A DNA stretch of 64,000 nucleotides from Squalus acanthias. Its lineage: Eukaryota. The stretch spans positions 84,694,001-84,758,000 of the forward strand of contig CM059432.1 of assembly GCA_030390025.1 (NCBI GenBank). Direction: 5' to 3'. A model generated the notes under the pieces. That model saw only the letters and a list, made by a program, of their open reading frames with translations, was not told the DNA's origin and searched no databases. A program made the translations under genes and the position numbers. Of the stretch, positions 23,176 to 34,464 are shown piece by piece (position 1 is the stretch's first letter; each line of letters opens with the position of its first letter).

Positions 23176-25983
23176 ATGGCACAAGGGAGTATGGCAAGGC
23201 TAGATGGCATTTATTTTAATGCAAGGAGTCTTACGAGTAAGGCAGATGAATTGAAGGTGTTGATGAACACATGGGAGTATGATATTGTTGCTATCACAGA
23301 GACATGGTTGAGGGAGGGGCAGGACTGGCAGCTCAATATTCCGGGGTATAGAATCTTCAGGCGAGACAGAGGGGTGTGTGAAAGAGGAGGGGTGTCGCAA
23401 TATTAATCAAGGAGTCAATTACTGCAGTAAGGAGGGATGATATCTTAGCAGGTTCCTCTAATGAGGCCATATGGGTAGAACTTAAAAACAAAAAGGGGCA
23501 AGCACTTTGCTGGGAGTGTACTATAGGCCCCCAAACAGTCAGGGGGAGATAGAAGAACAGATATATAGGCAAATCTCAGAGAAGTGTAGAAATAATAGGG
23601 TAATAATAGTAGTGGATTTCAACTTCCCCAATATTAACTGGGATAGTCAGAGTGTGAAAGGCTTAGAGGGTGCGGAATTATTAAAGTGCATCCAGGAGAG
23701 CTTTTTGAGCCAGCATGTAGAAAGTCCTACAAGAGAGGGGGCGGTTCTGGACCTAATTCTAGGGAATGTAGCCGGGCAAGTGGTAGAAGTGTCAGTAGAG
23801 AGCATTTTGGTGACAGTGACCATAATTCGGTGAGATTTAAGGTAGCCATGGAAAAGGACAAAGATGGACCGGAAATAAAGGTTCTAAATTGGGGGAAGGC
23901 CAATTTTAATATGATAAGGCAGGATCTGGCCAAAGTGGACTGGGATCAGCTACTTGTAGGAAAATCCACATCAGAGCAGTGGGAGTCATTCAGAAAATGA
24001 AATACAGCGCCAACATGTTCCCGTGAAGGTCAAGGGTGGGACCAACAAGTCCAGGGAACCCTGGATGTCAAGGGATATACAAGAATGTATTAGGGGAAAA
24101 AAGGAGGCTTTTGGCAGATACAAAGGACTAAAAACAGTGGAAGCCCTAGAGGAGTATAGAAAGTGCAGGGGGGTACTTAAAGAAGAAATTTGGAGAGCGA
24201 AGAGGGGGCATGAAATAACACTGGTGGGCAAAATAAAGGAAAATCCCAAGGTGTTTTATAAGTATATTAAGGGCAAGAGGATAACCAGGGAAAGAGTAGG
24301 GCCCCATTAGGGACCAAAGTGGCAATCTGTGTGTAGAACCGGAAGATGTAGGTGAGGTTTTAAATGAATATTTTGCATCTGTGTTCACTATGGAGAAGGA
24401 CGATGTAGGCATAGAAATCAGGCAGGGGGATTGTGATATACTTGAACAAATTAGTATTGAGAGGGAGGAGGTACTAGTGGTTTTAGCGGGCTTGAAAGTG
24501 AATAAATCCCCAGGCCCAGGCGAGATGTATCCCAGGCTGCTGTGTGAGGCAAGAGGAGATTTCAGGGGCTCTTACACAAATTTTCAGAACATCTGTGGCC
24601 ACAAGGGAGGTGCCAGAGGACTGGAGGACAGCTAACATAGTAACATTATTCAAGAAGGGTAGTAGGGATAAACCAGGGAATTGCAGACCAGTGAGCCTAA
24701 CATCAGTGGTAGGGAAATTATTGGAAACATTTCTGAGGGACAGAATTAGTCTCCACTTGGAGAGGCAAGGATTAATCAAGGATAGTCAGCATGGCTTTGT
24801 CAGGGGGAGATCATGTCTAACCAATTTGATTGAATTTTTCGAGGGGATGACTAGGTGTGTGGATGAGGGTAGTGCGTTGATGTAGTCTACACGGACTTCA
24901 GTAAGGCTTTTGACAAAGTCCCGCATGGGAGACTGGTCAAGAAGGTAAGAGCCCATGGGATCCAGGGCAATTTGGCACATTGGATCCAAAATTGGCTTCG
25001 TGGCAGGAGGCAGAGGGTAATGGTCGAAGGTTGTTTTTGTGACTGGAAGCCTGTGTCCAGTGGTGTACCGCAGGGATCGGTGCTGGGTCCCTTGCTGTTT
25101 GTAGTGTACATTAATGATTTAGATATGAATGTAGGAGGTATGATCAGTAAGTTCGCAGATGACACGAAAATTGGTGGAGTAGTAAATAGAGAGGAGGGAA
25201 GCCTTAGGCTACAGGATGATATAGACGGGTTGGGCAGAACAGTGGCAAATGGAATTTAACCCTGAAAAGTGTGAGGTGATGCATTTTGGGAGGACTAACA
25301 AGGCAAGGGAATACACAATGAATGGTAGGACCCTAGGAAGGACAGAGGATCAGAGGGACTTTGGTGTGCATGTACATAGATCCCTGAAGGCAGCAGGACA
25401 GGTAGATAAGGTGGTTAAGAAGACATATGGGATACTTGCCTTCATTAGCCGAGGCATAGAATATAAGAGCAGGGAGGTTATGATGGAGCTGTACAAAACG
25501 CTAGTTAGGCCACAGCTGGAATACTGTGTGCAATTCTGGTCACCACACTATAGGAAGGATGTGATTGCATTAGAGAGGGTGCAGAGGAGATTCACCAGGA
25601 TGTTACCTGGGATGGAGCGTTTCAGCTATGAAAAGAGACTGGACAGGCTGGGGTTGTTTTCCTTAGAGCAGAGAAGGCTGAGGGGGGACCTGATTGAGGT
25701 GTACAAAATTATGAGGGGCATAGATAGGGTAGATAGAAAGGAACTTTTCCCCTTAGTAGAGGGGTCAATAACCAGGGGGCATAGTTTTAAGGTAAGGGGC
25801 AGGAGGTTTAGAGGGGATTTGAGGAAAAACTTTTTCACCCAGAGGGTGGTTGGAATCTGGAACTCACTGCCTGAAAGGGTGGTAGAGGCAGGAACCCTCA
25901 CAACATTCAAGAAGCATTTAGATGAGCACTTGAAACGCCATAGCATACAAGGCTATGGACCAAGTGCTGGAAAATGGGATTAG
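23176..25983 (+). pseudogene. CR1 ORF2 (AP endonuclease plus reverse transcriptase), several frameshifts
   Basis: ITETW, YYRPP, VDFN, QHGF, GVPQGSVLGP, KFADDTK and C-terminal motifs are spread across different frames. Confidence 0.92.
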
Positions 25984-26107
25984 AATAGATAGGGCTTGAT
26001 GGCCGGCGCAGACACAATGGGCCGAAGGCCCTCTTTCTGTGCTGTATAACTCTATGACTATATGAAATACTCAGCAGGTCAGGCAGCATCTGTGGATAGA
26101 GAAACAG

Positions 26108-26144
26108 AGTTAACGTTTCAGGTCAATGACCCTTCATCAGAACT
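26108..26144 (-). ncRNA. Minimal type I hammerhead ribozyme in the Penelope pLTR
   Basis: Minus strand reads AGTT-CTGATGA-AGGGTC-ATT-GACCT-GAAAC-GTT-AACT: intact core, stem I AGTT/AACT, stem II GGTC/GACC, and a loopless palindromic stem III (ACGT). Confidence 0.8.
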
Positions 26145-26391
26145 GGAAAAAGCTGGAGATCGAACAGGTTTTTAAGCAAGTGCAGGGGCAGGGAAAGGGG
26201 GGAGGGGAGGAAAGAACAAAAGGGAAGGTCTGTGATAGGATGGAAGGCAGGAGAGATTAAGAGACATTAAGAGATGGTGCAAGGCAAAAGGAGATGGTAA
26301 CGGGACAAGTTAAGAAACAAAAGATGGCTCTAGATGAAGTGTAAATGGCACTGGCAGAATGAAAGACAGCTGCCATGTGGGAGAGAGAAAT

Positions 26392-26425
<34 letters not shown>

Positions 26426-26462
26426 AAATAAAATAAATGGAAAGAAAGGATAGGGGCAGAGG

Positions 26463-29400
26463 TTATGGTCTGAAATTGTTGAACTCTATGTTGAGTCCAG
26501 AAGGCTGTAAAGTGCCTAATCAAAAGATGAGATGCTGTTCCTCGAGCTTACGTTGAGCTTCATTGGAACAGTGTAAGAGGCCGAGGACAGTGAGGTCTGA
26601 GTGGGAGTGGAGCGGAGAATTAAAGTGACAGGCGACTGGAAGCTCGGGGTCACCCTTACAGACTGAATGGAGGTGTTCCGCAAAGCCGTCACCCAATCTG
26701 CGTTTGGTCTCCCCAATGTAGAGGAGACCACATCGTGAGCAGCGAATACAGTATACTAAATTGCAAGAAGTACAAGTAAATCGCTGTTTCACCTGGAAGG
26801 AGTGTTTGGGGCCCTGGACAGTGGGAAGGGTGGAGGTAAAAGGGCATGTGTTGCATCTCCTGCACTTGCTGCCGGATGAAGGGGAAGGGGTGTTGGGGGT
26901 GACAGAGGAGTGGACCAGGGTGTCACAAAGGGAGCGGTCCCTTCGGAATGCTGAAAGGGGAGGTGAGGGGAAGATGTGTTTGGTGGTGGGATCACACTGG
27001 AGGTGACGGAAATGGCAGAGGATGATCCGTTGAATGTGGAGGCTGGTGGGGTGAAAGGTGAGGACAAGGGGAACCCTATCTTGGTTCTGGGAGGGAGGGG
27101 AAGGGGCGAGAGCAGAAGTGCTGGAAATAGAACGGACACGGTCAAGGGCCGTGTCAACCACAGTAGAGGGGAATCCTCGGTTGAGGAAAAAGGAAGACAT
27201 GTCAGAAGCACTAGTATGGAAGGTGGCAGCATCAGAGCAGATGCGGCGGAGACGGAGAAACTGGGAGAATGGAATAGATTCCTTACAGGAAGCAGGGTGG
27301 GAGGAAGTGTAGTCCAGGTAGCTGTGGGAGTCAGTGGGCTTGTAGTGAATGTTTGTCAATAGCCTATCCCCAGAGATGGAGACAGAGAAGTCGAGGAAGG
27401 GAAGGGAGGAGTCGGAGATGGACCATGTGAAGGTGAGGGAAGGGTGGAAATTAGAAGCAAAGTGAATAAAATTTTCTAGTTCAGGGCGAGAGCAGGAAAC
27501 AGCACCGATACAGTCATCAATGAAAAAGAGGTGAGGGAGGGGACCTGAGTAGGACTGGAACAAATAATGTTTCACATATCCCACGAAAAGGCAGGCATAG
27601 CTGGGACCCATGTGGGTTCCCATAGCAACACCTTTAATTTGGAGGAAGTGAGTGGAGTCAGAGGAGAAGTTGTTCAATGTGAGAACAAGTTCAGCCAGGC
27701 GGAGGAGGGTGGTGGTGGATGTGGACTTGTTGAGCCTCTGTTCAAGGAAGAAGCGGGCACCCTCAGGCCATCCTGGTGAGGGATGGAGGTGTAGAGGGAT
27801 TGGACGTCCATAGTGAAAAGGAGACGATTGGGGTCAGGAAACTGGAAACTGTTAAAGTGATGGAGGGCGTCGGAAGAGTCGCGAATGTAGGTGGGAAGAG
27901 ACTGGACAAGGGGAGAAAAAATAGAGTCGAGATAGGAAGAGATAAGTTCCGTGGGGCAAGAACAGGCTGAAACGATGGGTCTACCGGGGCAGTCCTGTTT
28001 GTGAATCTTGGGAAGGAGGTAGAAGCGGGCTGTGCGGGGTTGGGGAATTATGAGGTTGGCGGCCATGGAGGGAAGATCTCCAGAGGAGATGAGGTCAGCG
28101 ACGGTCTTGGAAACGGTGGCTTGATGTTCGGTAGTGGGGTCATGGTCCAGGCGGAGGTAGGAGGAGGTGTCGGAGAGTTGGCGTTCACCCTCCGCTAGGT
28201 AGAGGTTGGTTCGCCAAACAACAACAGCACCACCCTTGTCAGCAGGTTTAATGATAATGTTGGGGTTGGATCTGAGAGAATGGAGTGCTGCAACTTCAGA
28301 GGGAGGTAGGCTGGAGTGAGTGAGGGGAGCAGAGAAATTGAGATGGCCGATGTCACGCCGGCTGTTTGCAATGAAAAGATCTAGAGAGGTTAAGAGGCCA
28401 GAGGGAGGGGTCCAGGTAGAACGAGAATTCTGAAAACGGGAGAAAGGGTCAGCTGTGCGGGGGGAAGACTCCTGGCCAAAGAAGTGGGCACTGAGATGAA
28501 GGCGGTGGAAAAAGAGCTCAGCATCGTGCTGAGCTCGAAATTCATTGAGATGGGGGCGTAAGGGGATGAAGCTCAGGCCTTTGCTAAGGACTGATCATTT
28601 GGGGTCAGAGAGGGGTAGGTCAGAGGGGATAGTGCAAACACGGCAGGGGTTGAGATTGGGAGAAGGGATGGGGTCAGAGGAAAGTGAAGGGGAAGAAGGT
28701 TCCAGAGGGGTGTTGGTGTCCAAGAGTTGTTGAAGCTTGCGATCCTTGACACCTGAAAGGAAGAAAAAAAGTTTTTTGTTAAATCGCCGGATGAGCCGAA
28801 GGATGAAATGGAACTGCGGACCAGGACAGCTTTGAGATAGAGTGAGTCGGTGCTGCTGAAGAGAGAGGTCGAGAGTGTTCATGTGGTGGTGCACAGCATT
28901 CAGCGTGGATCTCAGGATACGGCGAGAGCAGTGGTTCAAGGAACACTGAATATCTTGGAGATATCTGTAGTCCTGGGTGGAATTTCAGTTGGAATCCACG
29001 TGGAGTAAGTCGGAGCCAGAGACAGTTGCTGAGTGTTGGGGAACTCGTTGCCCACCGGTAATTAACCACTCAGAGTCCAGGGTTTCACTAGAGTAAAATA
29101 GCTTTTATTACAAGTTAACAAGGGAGACACTCATCCAAGGACAAATGCTCTCTGAACACAGTTTTTCTACAGGTTTTGTACAACTTGTGGCATTGTTGTG
29201 TCGTGTGCAGAACTTATGTTTCGGGTGCGAAGAAGTCTGTACCGAGTGCAATGCCCCATGTCAGGTGCATCAAGTCCTTCACAGACATCTCCGGGCGTTT
29301 GGCCAACTTTCTTATCACCACAGTTCTGTTGAGTCTTACAGCATGTTCTCACGTTCAACAGTCCCTTATTTCTGTGTTACTGACAACACTTATATATATA

Positions 29401-29619
29401 TTGTGCATATTAGCACAAAGTTGTTAACCCTTTAGTTCCCTTAGTGTCCAATTTTACTCCCCTTTCACTGAGGAAAGATACGTGGCTGTGAAAGCGAGTT
29501 TTGGTAGATACCTGATCAAACACGAGAAGGGAGACAGAAAGCAATGAAGACGAACAAGGTAAAAGAGGCAAACGGAAATCCTGTCGGAGAGAAGAGCAGA
29601 ACTTCTTCAAGGTGGGCAT
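26463..29619 (-). pseudogene. Penelope-like RT plus GIY-YIG endonuclease ORF, disrupted
   Basis: Starts MPTLKKFC at 29619. Contains FYLLPKIHK, GRPIVS, MDVQSLYTSIP, GVAMG, FIDD and VYCIRC...LYIGETKR. Disrupted by frameshifts, an LTR insertion and a premature TGA at 26520. Confidence 0.92.
29034..29467 (-). mobile_element. Solo LTR, 434 bp
   Basis: TGTTGGGGA...TCCCCTTTCA with a 5-bp TSD, CTGAG (29029-29033, 29468-29472). Minus-strand TATA at about 29391-29400 and AATAAAAGC at about 29101-29109. Removing it rejoins the Penelope ORF (HVSFLS|NCL). Confidence 0.85.
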
Positions 29620-29754
29620 TCTTAGAAGAGAAGTGGCAGTGAATTAAACATTAATACAAAAGCAAAATACTGCGGATGCTGGAAATCTGAAATAAAATAA
29701 GAAAATGCTGGAAATACTCAGCAGGTCAGGCAGCATCTGTGGAGAGAGAAACAG

Positions 29755-29791
29755 AGTTAACGTTTCAGGTCGATGACCCTTCGTCATAACT
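29755..29791 (-). ncRNA. Hammerhead ribozyme copy in the 5' pLTR, core mutated (ATGACGA)
   Basis: Same layout as 26108-26144, with C3 changed to A. Confidence 0.6.
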
Positions 29792-29827
29792 GGAAAAAGC
29801 TGGAGATCGAACAGGTTTTTAAGCAAG

Positions 29828-30068
29828 TGCAGGGGCAGGGAAAGGGGGGAGGGGAGGAAAGAACAAAAGGGAAGGTCTGTGATAGGATGGAAGGCAGGAG
29901 AGATTAAGAGGCATTAAGAGATGGTGCAAGGCAAAAGGGAATTGGATAAGCACCTGAAGAGATGCCTTGCACCATCTCTTAATGTCTCTTAATCTCTCCT
30001 GCCTTCCATCCTAACACAGACCTTCCCTTTTGTTCTTTCCTCCCCTCCCCCCTTTCACTGCCCCTGCA
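29828..30068. repeat. Inverted repeat of the Penelope pLTR: 106-bp arms, 29-bp CR1-derived spacer
   Basis: 29828-29933 versus 29963-30068, about 3 mismatches. Confidence 0.9.
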
Positions 30069-30854
30069 TAGAAGCATAGAAGATAGGAGCAGGAGTAGGC
30101 CATTCGGCCCCTCGAGCGTGCTCCACCATTTAATGAGATCATGGCTGATCATCCAAATTCAGTACCCTGTCCCTGCTTTCTCCCCATATCCCTTGATCCC
30201 TTTAGCCTTAAGAAATATATCTATCTCCTTCTTGAATATATTTAATGAATTGGCCTCAACTGCCTTCTGTGGTAGAGAATTCCACAGATTCACCACTCTC
30301 TGGGTGAAGAAATTCCTCCTCATCTCAGTCCTAAATGGCTTACCCCTTATCCTTAGACTGTGACCTCTGGTTCTGGACTCCCCCGCCATCGGGAACATCC
30401 TTCCTGCATCTAGTCTGTCTAGTCCTGTTAGAATTTTATAAGTTTCAATGAGATCCCCTCTCATTCTTCTAAACTCTAGTGAATACAAGCCCAATCGACC
30501 CAATCTCTCTTCATACGTCATTCCTGCCATCCCAGGTATCAGTCTGGTAAATCTTCGCTGCACTCCCTCCATGGCAAGAACATTCTTCCTCAGATAAGGC
30601 GACCAAAACTGCACACAATACTCAAGGTGTGGTCTCACCAAGGCCTTGTACAACTGCAGCAAGACATCCTTGCTCCTGTACTCGAATCCTCTCGCTATGA
30701 AGGCCAACATACCATTTGCCTTCTTAACCGCCTGCTGCACCTGCATGCTTACCTTCAGCGACTGGTGCACAAGGACTCCCAGAACTCGTTGCACTTCCCC
30801 TTTTCCCAATCTATTGCCGTTCAGATAATAATCTGTCTTCCTGTTTTTGCCACC
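30068..30854 (-). mobile_element. 5'-truncated CR1 (RT C-terminus and tail)
   Basis: ORF 30159-30947 carries LVRPHLEYCVQFWSP and LWNSLP; very similar to 60040-61410. Confidence 0.92.
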
Positions 30855-31960
30855 ATTTTCTTTTTTTACTCCTGTTCCGAATGTTGCTATGTTCCTATCC
30901 ACTAGAGGGAGTGCAGGTCGCAACCCGGTGTAAGTGTGGAGATGCACCTACCTGGGACATCCACCAACCTTCCTAAATATTGTGGTGTCAGGGTGAGGTC
31001 CCCTATTTTATGGGACAATTGCGGGTGCCAACAGCAAGGCACATTTAGGATGCCTAGCCAGTTGATGAGGCCAGAAAATCCAGCTGAAAATTGACTAGGC
31101 AGGTCCCTCCTGAATCATCTGAAGGTTGCCCCCTGTGGCTCTCTTTGCAAGGAGGACGCATATAAAAGTGTTAACTGTTGCACTTTGTGGGTCCAGGCTA
31201 TGATCCTGGCCTGAACCCCAAGTTTGGGAATGGTAGTGTAATATTTACGTTACTAGGAACATTAGGAACAGGAGTAGGCCATTCAGCCCCTTGCGCCCGC
31301 TCCACCATTCAATTAGAACATGGCTGATCTGTACATCATTTCCATTTTTCCACCTTTGCTCCATATCCCTTGAAACCCTTACCCAACAAAAATCTCTCGA
31401 AACAGGGACGCCCTTCCAGCTTCTCAACTGATTGCCATTTTTACTGTGCTGAAATTGCAGCTCACTGCAGCCAAAATGAACCTCCCTTTAAGAAATAAAG
31501 GCTGCCTTCAAATGATGTCAGAAACACTCGATTTTCCCGTGCCAATTAGCTGTCAATTCTTAGAATCATAGAATCATAGAATGATTACAGCACAGAAGGA
31601 GGACATTCGGCCCGTTGAGCCCGTGCCAGCTCTCTGCAAGAGCACTTCAGCTAGTCCCACTCCCCCGCCCTTTCCCCGTAGCCCTGCAAATTTTTTCCTT
31701 CAGGTACTTATCCAATTCCCTTTTGAAAGCCATGATTGAGTCTGCCTCCACCATCCTTTCAGGCAGTGCATTCCAGATCCTAACCACTCGCTGCGTAAAA
31801 AAGTTTTTCCTCATGTCGCCTTTGGTTCTTTTGCCAATCACCTTAAATCTGTGCCCTCCAGTTCTCGACCCTTCCACCAATGGGAACAGTTTCTCTCTAG
31901 CTAATCTGTCTAGACCCCCTCATGATTTTGAACACCTCTATCAAATCTCCTCTCAACCTT

Positions 31961-32568
31961 GATACAATAGCAAAATACAGCGCATGCTGGAAAACTAAAA
32001 TAACAACAGAAAGCGCTGGAAAAACTCAGCAGGCCAGGCAACATCCGTGGAGAGAGAAACAGAGTTAACGTTTCAGGTCGAAGACCCTTCATCAGAACTG
32101 AGAAAAAAGCAGGAAATGTAACAGATGAAGTTGGAGGCTGGAGGAAGGAATAAAAGAACAAAAGGGAAGGTCTGTGAGGAGTAGAGACATTAAGAGATGC
32201 TCAAGGCGAGACGAGATGGTAATGGGACAGGTTAAGAAACAAAAGATGGCTCAGAAGTGTGAAATGTGCTGGCAGAATGAAAGACAGCTGCAGTGGGGGA
32301 GAGAGAAAAAAAAAGGGAAAAGGCAAAAACCAAAAGTGTGGATAAAAAAAAAAAAAAAATATATATATGGTAGGGGCCGAGGTTATGATCTGAAATTGAA
32401 CACCTCTATCAAATCTCCTCTCAACCTTGATACAATAGCAAAATTTCAGATCATAACCTTGGCCCCTACCATATATATATATATTTTTTTTTTTTATCCA
32501 CACTTTTGGTTTGTGCCTTTTCCCTTTTTTTTCTCTCTCCCCCATGGCAGCTGTCTTTCATTCTGCCG
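31961..32568 (-). mobile_element. Penelope 3' pLTR fragment with an internal duplication and an inverted segment
   Basis: 31961-32396 resembles the pLTR; 32397-32445 re-copies 31929-31976; 32446-32568 is the reverse complement of about 32268-32395. Confidence 0.85.
32063..32099 (-). ncRNA. Minimal hammerhead ribozyme, core intact
   Basis: AGTT-CTGATGA-AGGGTC-TTC-GACCT-GAAAC-GTT-AACT. Confidence 0.8.
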
Positions 32569-32674
32569 CATCCTTCCTAAAGTGCGGTGCCCAGAATTGG
32601 ACACAATACTCCAGTTGAGGCTGAACCAGTGTTTTATAAAGGTTCATCATAACCTCCTTGCTTTTGTACTCTAT

Positions 32675-33568
32675 GGGGTAGAAATTAGGTCGCGCTCCAT
32701 TTGGGGCGCAAATATCGTCCGGACGCAAATATTAGCGCCTGGCGCTAATTATCGGCACTGACGGGAAACTTCACTTTTACCGCCCCGGGAGGTGAGTGGA
32801 GCGCTAAAGCAGGCGCTGCACACCTCTCTTAAGGCGCAAAGGCCGAGCAGTGAGGCGCTAACTCGGAGCGCTGGCGAAGCTCATGTAATGTCAGTCAGCA
32901 ATGGAACACACACACAATGGCACGGGCCAGTTCTTAAAGGGGATGGTTAATCTTGCTTTCCATCCACATCCTGCTCATTGCTGCCTTGAATCTCGGCCTG
33001 GAGAGACTTGCACATCAAATGTGCTGGAAAGAACAATGGAGAGCACCAGGCAAAGAGCTCAGAGTGCAGCTCCCACGGTCTCTGCTAAATCGATACAAGG
33101 AATGGCAAATCAAAATGAACCTGCAAAGTGCTGCTCAGTACCCAAAACTCCTTCACACAACGTTGAATCTCTCCAGAAGTCTCTCCCTCTCTCTCTCAGA
33201 ATGCGTAGTTCAAAAATGCCACCAACAATAAAAGACAGGAAGAGGCCCCCTTTAAATAGCGCCCCCCCCCAGCCCCACAGCGATTGATAGCGTTCCAGTC
33301 TTCTGGTCGTTGGAAGCGCCAGGCGGTAAGGCAGGGGGCGCCACTCAATTTCTGCTACGGGGCGCCCCAAGGGCGTTGCACCATGGAATGACGTCACAAT
33401 CTGCGCGCGCAGGTGGTCGCAGCGGTAAGTTTTAGCGCCGCCGCACAATCTCAAGTTAAGTTCTCGAGCGGCGCAAACATCGCTGCGCCCGGGCGTTAGC
33501 GGCTTTGCGCCCCATTAGCGCCCTCTTAAGGCGCTAATGGGTGGCGCAACCAAGTGAATTTTTACCCC
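32675..33568 (-). mobile_element. Complete non-autonomous Harbinger (family A-related), 894 bp
   Basis: TIRs GGGGTAGAAATT / AATTTTTACCCC and TSD TAT; the host CR1 rejoins as TACTCTATGCCTCTATT. Confidence 0.93.
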
Positions 33569-34464
33569 TATGCCTCTATTCATGAAGCTCAGGATCCCAT
33601 TTGCTTTTTTAACCGCTTTCTCAACCTGCCCTGCCACCTTCAACGATTTGTGCCCAAATACCCCCAGGTCTCTCTGTTCATGCACCCCCTTTAGGATTGT
33701 ACCCTTTAGTTTATATTGCCTCTCCTCGTTCTTCCTACCAAAATGTAACCCTTTGCACTTTTCTGCATTAAATTTCATCTGTCACGTGTCCACCCATTCT
33801 ACCAGCCTGTCTATGTCCTCTTGAAGTCTATCACTATCCTCCTCACTGTTCACTATACTTCCAGGTTTTGTGTCATCTGCAAATTTTGAAAGTGTGCCCT
33901 GTACACCCAAGTATAAGTCATTAATATACATATATATCAAATTTCTTGCACCCATGTGATCGAGTGCACGTTCCGAGCGCACCACATATTTTTGTGCACG
34001 AAAATGAGCCTAAACCAGTTTCTCCCCCCAAGTGTTTTTTTGGTGGTTCTGTGCAAACATTGCAATAACCTCTTTTTCATCAAGTTTAATACTAAATTAA
34101 AAATAATTGCAAAATAATGTCTATCACCATAATAATTGTTATATTGCTTATGTTTCAATTGGAGGTAGTTACAAAAGCACAAATGGCTTCATGGGCTATT
34201 GTGTTAATCCTCTGAGCACCAGGAGGAAGTCAACTTCACAGTAACAACTGGGGCTAAATTCGATGGCCCTGAAATCGGGCACGGGGATTGTGATGCGCAA
34301 TTAACCCACGTCTGTTGCTTCTGATGCAGGCAGCATGCAAACTTCATGCTGCCTGCTAACTTAAATGATTGCTGCATGGAGCCCAGCATTAAACGAGCTG
34401 TTGAGAGGTTGCAGGCCTCAGCAGGGGGCCCAAGTTTGTGCGAGGCTAGCACCACTTAAAGCTA

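Larger units (their letters stand above)
21808..26063 (+). mobile_element. Full-length CR1 LINE inserted into the Penelope 3' pLTR
   Basis: GC-rich 5' repeats, ORF1, ORF2 and an ACTCTATG tail. The host reads AATGCTGGAAA|...|GAAATACTCAGCAGG with a GAAA duplication. Confidence 0.95.
21745..30866 (-). mobile_element. Full-length Penelope-like element with a tandem 5' pLTR (29651-29933) and an inverted terminal segment; hosts two CR1s and a solo LTR
   Basis: The 3' end TAATACAAAAGCAAAATACTGCGGATGCTGG at 21745 is repeated at 29651. RT plus GIY-YIG ORF. 12-bp direct repeat TACTCCTGTTCC at 21733-21744 and 30867-30878. Confidence 0.88.
31562..33935 (-). mobile_element. 5'-truncated CR1 interrupted by a Penelope fragment and a Harbinger MITE
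   Basis: (ATAGAATC)n tail at 31562 and RT motifs in ORFs 31647-31880, 33515-33778 and 33782-33985. Confidence 0.9.
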
